Notes under the pieces: model-generated
What the model saw: only the letters and a program-made list of their open reading frames with translations
Databases searched by the model: none
What the model was told of the DNA's origin: nothing
Origin: an uncultured Terriglobus sp.
GTDB lineage: Bacteria > Acidobacteriota > Terriglobia > Terriglobales > Acidobacteriaceae
Direction: 5' to 3'
Length of the DNA: 64,000 nucleotides
NCBI GenBank assembly: GCA_964248165.1
Contig: CAXTXE010000016.1
Span: 7,637-71,636 of the forward strand
Shown here: piece after piece, positions 1-8,204 of the stretch
Position numbering within the stretch: the stretch's first letter is position 1
How the letters are laid out: each line of letters opens with the position of its first letter
Translations under genes and position numbers: made by a program

Positions 1-1740
1 GCCATACAGCGGGTTGTTATCCAGCACGCCCATCCAGACCTTCTCGTACTCATAACCGAACTTGAGGGAGTGATTGCCGCGAACGTAGGTGAAGTTCACC
101 TTTGGATCCAGCAGCGCGGGATTCTGGAACTGCGGGTTTGTGGTTTGCCGGCCAAAGGCGGTAAAGCCGCCGCTGATGCCGATGGCTGGAAGGCCGCCCG
201 CGACCGACGGTGCCGTGGGAAGTCCCGGAATATTGAACGGTGCCGTACCCGCGCTCAACGGTGTTTTGCCGGCCTTGGTACGCGACAAGCCCAGGCGCAG
301 ATCAAGGATGCGGTTGGAGCCAAAGAGCTGCGTCATGCCCAAGGCAATCTGCTGGTCAAGAATGCGCTGCGGACCGGCAGTCTGCCCTTCCAATGGCAAC
401 GGAATCGTTGGAAAGTTGGTGCCCGTTTCCTTGCGTTCGCTGACCCGGAGGAAGTAGTGCGTGTTGGCACTTTGCACGAAGTCAAGCCGGAGGTCGCCCT
501 TATCGCCCTTGTCGGTGAAGGGCACCTGCACAGAGCGGTCGGCTGTGTTGATGCCGGTTGCGGCCGCGCCGCTGACCGGAAGTCCGGAAACATTTTTGAA
601 CGCGTTCACAATCTGCAGCGAAAGCGGATTGAACGCGCCTGACGGGATCGGCGTGTTGGCTGGATACACCACGCCTGTAAGGGGGTTGCGTACGGGTTCC
701 ACAAAGTTGCCGTTCAGCTCATTCTGCGTCGGCAGCGTCAGCACAAAGAGGGGGCTTGTCTTGGAGCGCAGGCCTTCGTAGTCCAGGAAGAAGAATACGC
801 GGTCCCTGAAGATGGGGCCGCCAATATTCATGCCGAATTGGTTGCGGTTCAAGGCGGGCTTGCGGAACGGGACGGGCCCGTTTGTGCCGATGGTCAGCGG
901 TTTGAAAAAGCCGGGAGCGTTCAACGCCGTGTTGCGAAAGAAGTCGTACAGGGTGGCGTGGAACGTGTTTCCGCCCGACTGCGTGGCTACGTTGATGGTT
1001 GCGCCGGACGAACGGCCATACTCCGCGCTTTCGTTGTTGGTTACCACGCCCAACTGCGACACCGAATCCGGCGGCACTGCGATGATCTGGTTGTCAAACC
1101 CCTGGTTCGATTCGCCGTAGGAGTTGTTGTCCATGCCATCCAGCAGAAAGTTGTTAAACACTGAGCGCTGGCCGTTGACGTTATAGGCACCCTGCCGGAT
1201 CAGGCTGTTGCCGTTGCTTGTGGTACTGGCAGCGGTGGGTGCCTGGCGCACACCGGTCACAAGTCCAAGCAGGTCGGAGTAGTTCCGGTTCAGGATGGGC
1301 AGACCTTCAGTCTGGACGTTGGTCAGCACCTGGTCGCGTTGACTGGACTCACTTTCCACCTGGAGTGCTACGTCGCTGACCTCGACGGTTTGCGTCTCGC
1401 CGGCCTGCACCTGAAGGTCGATGCGCTGGCGATTGCCGACAGAAACCGTTACGTTCCGCGCAACCGCGTCCGCAAAGCCGGCCGCGGACACCTTTACTGT
1501 GTACAGACCGGTACGCAATTGCGGCACGTCGTACTCGCCCTGCCCGTTGCTCTTCACTTGCGTTTGCGCCGCGGTCGCGGTGTTCGTCACCGTCACCTGC
1601 GCATTCGGGACGGCGGCACCAGACGCATCGTGCACCGTGCCCACGATACTGCCGTTTTCGTACTGCGCCGGCGCGGCACCCGCCGCGAAGAACAGGATGA
1701 CGAACAGGGCGGCACGGAACCACCTGAAAGAGCGCAACAT
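1..1740 (-). CDS. TonB-dependent outer-membrane receptor, N-terminal 580 codons; the 3' end of the gene lies beyond the window start
   Basis: Absent from the ORF track because it has no stop in the window. My own minus-strand translation from ATG 1740-1738 gives MLRSFRWFRAALFVILFFAAGAAPAQYENGSIVGTVHDASGAAVPNAQVTVTNTATAAQTQVKSNGQGEYDVPQLRTGLYTVKVSAAGF... That is a signal peptide followed by a carboxypeptidase-regulatory-like domain. The frame stays open to base 1 (...FGYEYEKVWMGVLDNNPLYG). Confidence 0.85.
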   Translation of the reverse strand, partial: MLRSFRWFRAALFVILFFAAGAAPAQYENGSIVGTVHDASGAAVPNAQVTVTNTATAAQTQVKSNGQGEYDVPQLRTGLYTVKVSAAGFADAVARNVTVSVGNRQRIDLQVQAGETQTVEVSDVALQVESESSQRDQVLTNVQTEGLPILNRNYSDLLGLVTGVRQAPTAASTTSNGNSLIRQGAYNVNGQRSVFNNFLLDGMDNNSYGESNQGFDNQIIAVPPDSVSQLGVVTNNESAEYGRSSGATINVATQSGGNTFHATLYDFFRNTALNAPGFFKPLTIGTNGPVPFRKPALNRNQFGMNIGGPIFRDRVFFFLDYEGLRSKTSPLFVLTLPTQNELNGNFVEPVRNPLTGVVYPANTPIPSGAFNPLSLQIVNAFKNVSGLPVSGAAATGINTADRSVQVPFTDKGDKGDLRLDFVQSANTHYFLRVSERKETGTNFPTIPLPLEGQTAGPQRILDQQIALGMTQLFGSNRILDLRLGLSRTKAGKTPLSAGTAPFNIPGLPTAPSVAGGLPAIGISGGFTAFGRQTTNPQFQNPALLDPKVNFTYVRGNHSLKFGYEYEKVWMGVLDNNPLYG

Positions 1741-1942
1741 GAAACTCTGCATTATGTAAGGGTACCCGCTGTTTATGAACAGATGTTGACAACGCCGGTG
1801 AATCTAATTCACCGCTGAGGCGAAGGCCTCGAACACAGCGGCGCACCCTGAATAATCCTTAGAGTCCAATGGCACCCTGAAGCGAACAACCAGGGACGGA
1901 ACAGGAACGGACACGGTAGCGCGGGACACGCGAAACTTCTGG

Positions 1943-3058
1943 GTGATGGAAGGGTATAGGTGTGACATGTGCCGCTCGCTTGTACTTTCTCTCGTCTTGC
2001 TTACCCTGACCGTTACGGCTCAAAGTACCGCCACGCCTGACACCACGCTGCCCACCTGGCGTCCTGGGCCACGCGGTGATCTCGCGTTTGAGACCAGCCC
2101 GTTTCTGGCGCAGACGGCATACCGCAAGCCGGAGAGCACGCTGGAGCAGATGAACCCCGATGGCGCGCATGGCCCGTTGAATCAGGGCTGGGACAACACA
2201 CACCAGGGCATCTGGCTGATCGAGGAACAGCGTTACGGCTCGGATTCAGTGATCGCGGGTCTCATCACGCACAGGCAGGACCTGATCGACCATGGCCTGA
2301 AGATCTTCGACTGGGGATTCAGGATGGAGAACCCCGATGGAGGTTTCTCCTGCCCCGACCGCTTCCACTCGGCGTCGTTTTTTGTTGAGGCGGTGGCGCA
2401 CTCCGCGCTGCTGATCGAGGCGAGTCCTATGGCAGCGCAAAACCAGGCATGGATTGAGGGGATGCTGCCCAGGCTGCACCGCGCGGCAGAGTGGATGGCG
2501 GATCCCAGGAACTCCGTTGCCGGGCAGCAGCACGATGCTCCGTATACGCACAGGTTTTACCTGGATGCGGACGCCCTGGGTGAGACAGGCGTCTTGACCC
2601 ACGACGACGCTCTGGTCAAGCTCTCCCGCCAGTACATTCGCAACGGCATTGCACACCAGTTAGCCGATGGTGCCAACCCAGAGAAGGGTGGAACGGACAC
2701 AAGTTATCACGCCGTCGGTCTGCTGTTCGCCCTGAACTACTACACGCTGGTAGCCAATGATGAGACACGCGCCGCCCTGAACCCGGTGATTGCGCACGGG
2801 CTCGATTGGCTGAAGGCGCGCATCGGACCCGACGGTGTGGTCAATCAGGCCGGCAACACACGCACCGGCAATGGACAGGAACGAGGCCCGCAAGGCAATC
2901 TGAAGATGATGAGTTACGGGTCGGCCTATCGTGCATGTTTCTACTGGGCCATGATCACGGGTGACCCGGAGTGGGCGCGGGTGGCGGCACAACTCTTCCA
3001 CGGGCAACATGTCGAGCAGGACGAACGCAAGGCAGGCACGTTCCACGCGGGGTTTTAA
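1943..3058 (+). CDS. hypothetical secreted protein (family not recognised)
   Basis: 371-aa ORF with a hydrophobic N-terminus (CRSLVLSLVLLTLTVTAQS) that looks like a signal peptide. The true start may be the internal ATG near 1967. It is divergent from the receptor at 1-1740. Confidence 0.6.
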   Translation: MMEGYRCDMCRSLVLSLVLLTLTVTAQSTATPDTTLPTWRPGPRGDLAFETSPFLAQTAYRKPESTLEQMNPDGAHGPLNQGWDNTHQGIWLIEEQRYGSDSVIAGLITHRQDLIDHGLKIFDWGFRMENPDGGFSCPDRFHSASFFVEAVAHSALLIEASPMAAQNQAWIEGMLPRLHRAAEWMADPRNSVAGQQHDAPYTHRFYLDADALGETGVLTHDDALVKLSRQYIRNGIAHQLADGANPEKGGTDTSYHAVGLLFALNYYTLVANDETRAALNPVIAHGLDWLKARIGPDGVVNQAGNTRTGNGQERGPQGNLKMMSYGSAYRACFYWAMITGDPEWARVAAQLFHGQHVEQDERKAGTFHAGF

Positions 3059-3084
3059 CTATCCTGGTATTGTCTCGATCCGAG

Positions 3085-3426
3085 TTAGCTGGCCTTTGCC
3101 AGATAGGCCTCCAGGGCTTCGTTGACTACCGTGTTGAGCTTCTTCTTGTTGCGGTCGGCGAAGGTGGCAATGCGGCTGTGCAGGTCCGGTGTGACGCGCA
3201 CGTTAAAGGTTCCCTTGAAGGGAATATTCGGTTCTCTGCCCTGCTCTTTGCAAAAGGCCACGTAGCCGTCCACCGCGTCGCGAAAGTTGCGCCGCAGCGT
3301 CTTTACATCTTTGCCGTCATACGAGACGGTGTCGCGGATGCCGAGAAGCTTACCGTAGAGCAGATCGTCTTCCGCGCTGAAGAGGACCGAGCCATAATAA
3401 TCCTTGTAATGCAACCACTCACTCAT
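3085..3426 (-). CDS. hicB: HicB-family antitoxin
   Basis: 113 aa. The N-terminus MSEWLHYKDYYGSVLFSAEDDLLYGKLLGIRDTVSYDGKDVKTL is typical of the HicB fold. The C-terminus (LHSRIATFADRNKKKLNTVVNEALEAYL) is RHH-like. It overlaps the upstream hicA by 4 nt. Confidence 0.85.
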   Translation of the reverse strand: MSEWLHYKDYYGSVLFSAEDDLLYGKLLGIRDTVSYDGKDVKTLRRNFRDAVDGYVAFCKEQGREPNIPFKGTFNVRVTPDLHSRIATFADRNKKKLNTVVNEALEAYLAKAS

Positions 3427-3668
3427 AGGTGTCCCTCCTTTTGCAGGTGCACGATGGTCAAAGACACCTGATAGCGCTTGAGAATGCTTCCGGGATGCGG
3501 TTCATGCAGGTAGAAAGCATCATGCCCTTCCTGCTGAAAGCTGCGTCTGGACCCTGTCCCTGAACTTAGCCGGTAGCCGTAGCTTGTCATTACTGTCACG
3601 AGTTCCTGCCAAGTGAAGTCTGCGGGCCTGGACAGAAGGCGTTGCCGCAGCTTCTCGATGCGAGACAT
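3423..3668 (-). CDS. hicA: HicA-family mRNA-interferase toxin
   Basis: 81 aa of YcfA/HicA type (LLSRPADFTWQELVTVMTSYGYRLSSGTGSRRSFQ...LHEPHPGSILKRYQV). It is translationally coupled to hicB. Confidence 0.85.
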   Translation of the reverse strand: MSRIEKLRQRLLSRPADFTWQELVTVMTSYGYRLSSGTGSRRSFQQEGHDAFYLHEPHPGSILKRYQVSLTIVHLQKEGHL

Positions 3669-3722
3669 CTGTCACTAAATATAGTGACACATGCTATGTC
3701 AAGCAAATTGTGTGCAGGGAAG

Positions 3723-4355
3723 CTAGAGCTTTTGCCGTTCCGTTTGGACGTAGGTGTAGCGGATGCGGTGAATTACCGTTACGGTCGAGAGGAAGGCGAG
3801 TACCCAGAGCGCGGGGGCCATCACGCCCCACCGGTCAAACAGCGCTCCCAGGATCACGAGGACGATGCGTTCCGGGCGCTCCATGAAGCCGACCTTGCAG
3901 GAGCCGATGAGCGCTTCGGCGCGGGCGCGGGTGTAGCTGACCATCAGCGACGCCGTCATGGCGAAGGCGACCAGCACCACATACACGAAGCGGTTGCCGC
4001 GCGCGTAGTAGACCAGCAAGCCGAAGAAAATCGCCACATCGGAGTAGCGGTCAATGACGGAATCAAAGAACGCTCCAAAGACCGAAACCTGGTTGGTGGC
4101 ACGGGCGACTCGGCCATCCACCATGTCAAAGAGACCCGCGCCAATGAGAATGAGGCCGGCGTACAGGAACATGCGATGCGCGTTGGCATTGCGCGCGTAG
4201 CCGAAGAAGATGGCAGCCGCGATGTTGATGATGAGGCCGATGAAGGTGAGCGTGTTGGGCGAAATTCGCGACAGCGCAAGGCCGTTCACGATCTTCTGCA
4301 GCAGCCATCCGCTGCCCTTGCCAAAGGCGCTTGTCCAGGTGAAACGCGAACTCAT
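3723..4355 (-). CDS. CDP-alcohol phosphatidyltransferase family protein
   Basis: Carries the signature D-G-x2-A-R...G...D-x3-D in FDMVDGRVARATNQVSVFGAFFDSVIDRYSD, plus several hydrophobic helices. I placed the start at the internal MSSRFTW methionine. The ORF-track start at 4508 would overlap the divergent gene. Confidence 0.85.
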   Translation of the reverse strand: MSSRFTWTSAFGKGSGWLLQKIVNGLALSRISPNTLTFIGLIINIAAAIFFGYARNANAHRMFLYAGLILIGAGLFDMVDGRVARATNQVSVFGAFFDSVIDRYSDVAIFFGLLVYYARGNRFVYVVLVAFAMTASLMVSYTRARAEALIGSCKVGFMERPERIVLVILGALFDRWGVMAPALWVLAFLSTVTVIHRIRYTYVQTERQKL

Positions 4356-4500
4356 CTTCGTACTTGCCCTGCCCAGACGCCCACAACGCCATGCACAGTG
4401 TACCTGCCCTGCATGGAATTGTGCGTACCACCACAACACGCGACGCGCACGCCCTGACTGCAACGCGTGTGCGCAGGATTGCTCTGCTACACTCTGCGCC

Positions 4501-6060
4501 ATGCGCATCGATCTTGACGAGCAGAAGGAGGGCGAGTCCTGGCAAAGTGACTACTGCATCATCGGAGCCGGGATTGCCGGTCTGATCCTTGCCAAGAGAC
4601 TGGCCGCCTCTGGTGCGACCGTGCACCTGCTTGAGGCAGGCGGCTTCGATCTGGAAGAACGCAGCCAGGCATTGTTCCAGGCAGAGATGCGTGAAGGAAC
4701 CCACACAGGAACAACGGAGGGACGCTTCCGCAGCTTTGGCGGGTCGTCGATCCGCTGGGGCGGGCAGTTGCTGCCGTATACCGCGGATGTGTTTCAGCCG
4801 CCGCCGAGCAGTGGCGGAACGGCATGGCCTATCGGCGAGGAGGCTCTCACACCTTATTACCATGCCGTGCAGGAGCTGATGCACGCGGGCAACCTGCCGT
4901 TCACGGATCAATTGCTGGCTGAACTTGGACAGGCGGCAAGCCCGCTGGGCACCGACCTGAGGCTGCGGTACTCCAAGTGGGCACCGTTTGCGCGGCGCAA
5001 TCTGGGAAAGACAATCGGTGAAGAGTGCTTGGCGGACCCTAGCATTACCGTCTTCTTCCATGCCAACGTCGCGGAGTTGCAGGGCGAGGGCGGCGGCACC
5101 ATTGCAACAGCACTGGCGCTGAATTACAACGGAGCGTCCTTTCGGTTTAAGGCAAAGTGCTTCGTGGTGGCCGCAGGTACGGTGGAGAGTTGCCGTCTTC
5201 TTCTGCTGTCACCGGCGGTGCCAGATGTCAACGGGCAAGTGGGCCGCTACTTTCATGACCATGTGGCGTTTCACGCGGCGGTAATTCCGGTGACTGCGCG
5301 TAAGGCAATCTTTCAGCGGTTTGGGCCGTTTTTTGTGAATGGCGTCCTGCTGACACCCAAGCTGGAGGCAACGCCGGAACTGTGCCTTCGCGAACATCTG
5401 CTCAACACGATGGCGCACTTCGTGATTCAGGAGCCGGAAGGCTCCGGACTGGATGCCGTGCGCAGCGTCTTGACGGCGGTGCAACGGCGAAGGCCGGTTC
5501 CGCCAGGCGCTGTGGCGGGACTGCTGCGCGGCATGGGCGATGTCCTCCGGTTTGCGTGGGCGCTGAAGGTACGTAAGCGGCGCGCGCTTACTCGGCGGGC
5601 ACAGGTGTGGCTGAACATCGATATGGAGCAGCCACCATCGGCTGACTCGCGGGTCTCTCTTTCAGAGGCGGTGGACAGCCTGGGCATCCGCAAAGCGGTG
5701 GTGCATTGGCGTGTGGGGCCGCAGGAGGTGGACACGGCGGTTCGCTTCGCCCGCATCCTGCACCAGGCGTTTACGGATGCGGGGCTGGGGCCGCTTCAGT
5801 GGAACGAAGGCCTGCTGAATGGCACGCATCCTGAGATGGCGGACACGTATCACGCGATGGGCGGGCTGCGCATGGGATCTGATCCGGCGGCAAGTGTGGT
5901 GGACCGCGACCTTCGCGCGCATGGCACTGCGAACCTGTATGTGGCCAGTTGCGCGGTGTACCCCTCGGGTGGCAGCTCCAACCCGACGTTTACGCTGATG
6001 GCGCTCAGTATGCGCCTGGCGGATCACTTAATAAAGGTGCAGGCTGCTGTATCGCGCTGA
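4501..6060 (+). CDS. GMC-family FAD-dependent oxidoreductase
   Basis: N-terminal Rossmann motif DYCIIGAGIAGLILAKRLAASGATVHLLEAGG. C-terminal GMC signature GGLRMGSDPAASVVDRDLRAHGTANLYVASCAVYPSGGSSNPTFTLMAL. Start set at ATG 4501 (MRIDLDEQKEG), just upstream of the FAD motif. Confidence 0.85.
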   Translation: MRIDLDEQKEGESWQSDYCIIGAGIAGLILAKRLAASGATVHLLEAGGFDLEERSQALFQAEMREGTHTGTTEGRFRSFGGSSIRWGGQLLPYTADVFQPPPSSGGTAWPIGEEALTPYYHAVQELMHAGNLPFTDQLLAELGQAASPLGTDLRLRYSKWAPFARRNLGKTIGEECLADPSITVFFHANVAELQGEGGGTIATALALNYNGASFRFKAKCFVVAAGTVESCRLLLLSPAVPDVNGQVGRYFHDHVAFHAAVIPVTARKAIFQRFGPFFVNGVLLTPKLEATPELCLREHLLNTMAHFVIQEPEGSGLDAVRSVLTAVQRRRPVPPGAVAGLLRGMGDVLRFAWALKVRKRRALTRRAQVWLNIDMEQPPSADSRVSLSEAVDSLGIRKAVVHWRVGPQEVDTAVRFARILHQAFTDAGLGPLQWNEGLLNGTHPEMADTYHAMGGLRMGSDPAASVVDRDLRAHGTANLYVASCAVYPSGGSSNPTFTLMALSMRLADHLIKVQAAVSR

Positions 6061-6083
6061 ACTGCCGAACACATTCAGAAGCG

Positions 6084-6154
6084 TACAACAGCGGCTGAAG
6101 CCGCGGTTGTAGCAGTGCGTTTACGGCATGGCTGAAGCCATGCCCTTCCGTAAA
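6084..6154. repeat. two adjacent GC-rich REP-like hairpins between convergent genes
   Basis: Hairpin 1: TACAACAGCGGC-TGAA-GCCGCGGTTGTA (6084-6111). Hairpin 2: TTTAC-GGCATGGC-TGAA-GCCATGCC-cttcc-GTAAA (6120-6154). The core AGCCATGCCCTTC recurs at 45368-45380. Confidence 0.6.
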
Positions 6155-6184
6155 ACAACTCTAAAACAAAGATGGGTCAATACG

Positions 6185-7207
6185 TCAGTGCGCAAGCCGT
6201 TCGCGCAGCAGTGTGAGTTGTTCAGGTGTGAAGCGGCAATTCTGAAGCGCGGCAACATTGCTGCGCAGATTTTCCGGACGCATCATGGAAGGAACAATGG
6301 CAGAGATGCCCGTGCCGGTCAGGATGCAGCCGAAGATCACCTCTGGCAGCACCTGCGGGTCGTTGGGCGAGAGCATCTCCCGCAAGCCTGCGGGCAGGGT
6401 TTCGTCATCCCTCAAAGCCTCTATGCGCGCGGCCAGCCGCTTCACTTTATCTGGTCCGCCAAAGGGATGGTTGGCGACCAGGAACATGCGTTGCGAGCCG
6501 GTGCGCTCTGTGACAGCGGCAAACGCAAAGTTCTCCGGGTCCATGGCGAACTGCGCGGTCGTCAGAACGGGCGGTCCATGCTCAAACGCCTGTTCGATGA
6601 CATCGTGCGTTCCGGAGATACCCGCCATGCGTATCTTGCCTTCGGCGATCAGGCGTTCGAGCGCTTCGTAGAGATCGGTTTGCCGCAGGGCCTCCATGGG
6701 TGCTGCGTGAAGAAGCAGGATGTCCACGTAGTCCGTCCCGAGTTCGCGCAGGCTGGTTTCAAGCGAGCCGCGGAGCAGGTCCACGCTGAAGGGCGTCGCC
6801 ACGAAGGCTGCGGCTGCCTGCGACCGCGCATAGCCGCGAAGGCTTGGGACGGCCTTAATGACCGCCTGTGCAACGGGCTTCAGCCCCCGCTTCCAACCGG
6901 AGCCGGCCGCCGGCTGAATCCCAAACTTCGTGCAGAGGATGGCCTCGCCGCGCCGGCCCTTGAGGAACTGCCCCACCACGCGCTCGCTCTCGCCATACCC
7001 GTAGGAGCGCGCCGTATCGAAGAAGTTGATCCCCGCATCCCACGCTGCCGCCATGGCGCGCAACGAATCGCTCCGTCCCACACGGCCCATCACGGCAGAG
7101 CAGCCAAATCCAAGCACGGAAATATTTGCCGCGGCAGCCTTGCCGTTGTTGGCGGGGAATGCAACAGACCGCATTGGCTCCAGCATAGCGCACCGGCCGC
7201 CACTCAC
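6185..7207 (-). CDS. aldo/keto reductase
   Basis: LGFGCSAVMGRVGRSDSLRAMAAAWDAGINFFDTARSYGYGESERVVGQFLK and the downstream DYVDILLLH are typical AKR motifs. The start may be at an internal Met a few codons downstream. Confidence 0.85.
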   Translation of the reverse strand: MSGGRCAMLEPMRSVAFPANNGKAAAANISVLGFGCSAVMGRVGRSDSLRAMAAAWDAGINFFDTARSYGYGESERVVGQFLKGRRGEAILCTKFGIQPAAGSGWKRGLKPVAQAVIKAVPSLRGYARSQAAAAFVATPFSVDLLRGSLETSLRELGTDYVDILLLHAAPMEALRQTDLYEALERLIAEGKIRMAGISGTHDVIEQAFEHGPPVLTTAQFAMDPENFAFAAVTERTGSQRMFLVANHPFGGPDKVKRLAARIEALRDDETLPAGLREMLSPNDPQVLPEVIFGCILTGTGISAIVPSMMRPENLRSNVAALQNCRFTPEQLTLLRERLAH

Positions 7208-7445
7208 ATGGCAGTGCCTGCGGAGCCGGCGGACACTTCAGCAGCAGCGTTCAAGTTCGCTTGACCCGGCGGCATCCGGCGCGAAATGCAGTATCTAATC
7301 GCCCTGATTTGTGATATTCAGTTGGTGTTCACGATTTATACATGTTTGCTGGAGCGGCTCTTTACGGGGAGCGGTTCCTGTGCCGCGTTTTTATGCGCCG
7401 GTGTGAGCATGGGCGTCTCTCGTGACTCATGGTTTGGGGTTGGGA

Positions 7446-8204
7446 ATGGTGTTGAAGTCCTCACTGGTTGTGCTTGCGTTGTGTCTGGGCGGTGCCGCTG
7501 CCCTGTGTCAGCAAAGTGCGCCGGTCATTGTGCAGCCCGGAGCGCCTGGCCAGCCCAGCAAGACGCTGACAGAGGTCACCGCCGCGCCGCCCGCGAAACC
7601 GCCTTCAGAGGCGGATATCCGCTTTATGCAGGACATGATTATGCACCACGGCCAGGCCATTGAGATGACGGAGCTGGCGAAGACACGGGCAAAGGACCCG
7701 GAGGTGCTGGACATGGCGCGCAAGATTGATGTCTCGCAGGGTGATGAAATCCGCTGGATGAAGCAGTGGCTGACCGATCGCGGCATCGCCGTGGAGACGA
7801 TGGACTCCATGCCGGGGATGGCCGGTCATGCGCATGGCTCAGGCCATGATGCGATGGCCGGGATGGATCATGACATGGCTGGCATGGACCATGACATGTC
7901 CGGGATGGACCACGGTGCAGCGCCCGGCAAGGCTGATCCCATGGATGTGGCGATGATGCCCGGCATGTTGACGCCGCGCCAGATGCAGACGCTGCGCGCT
8001 TCCACTGGACCCGCGTTCGATCATCTATTTTTGACCGGCATGATGCAGCATCACAGCGGCGCGCTGCTGATGGTGAAGCAGCTGTTTGCCAATCCTGGCG
8101 CCGGGCAGGACCCGCAACTTTTCGACTTTGCCAGCGACGTGGACAATACGCAGCTTGCGGAGATCAACATTATGAACGGCATACTCCGAAAGGAACACCC
8201 ATGA
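7446..8204 (+). CDS. DUF305-family periplasmic protein with a Met/His-rich insert
   Basis: Signal peptide MVLKSSLVVLALCLGGAAALC. Two DUF305-type helices (FMQDMIMHHGQAIEMTELA and MMQHHSGALLMVKQLF). Insert MAGHAHGSGHDAMAGMDHDMAGMDHDMSGMDHG lies at about 7810-7916. The ORF-track start (GTG 7422) is an alternative. Confidence 0.8.
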   Translation: MVLKSSLVVLALCLGGAAALCQQSAPVIVQPGAPGQPSKTLTEVTAAPPAKPPSEADIRFMQDMIMHHGQAIEMTELAKTRAKDPEVLDMARKIDVSQGDEIRWMKQWLTDRGIAVETMDSMPGMAGHAHGSGHDAMAGMDHDMAGMDHDMSGMDHGAAPGKADPMDVAMMPGMLTPRQMQTLRASTGPAFDHLFLTGMMQHHSGALLMVKQLFANPGAGQDPQLFDFASDVDNTQLAEINIMNGILRKEHP

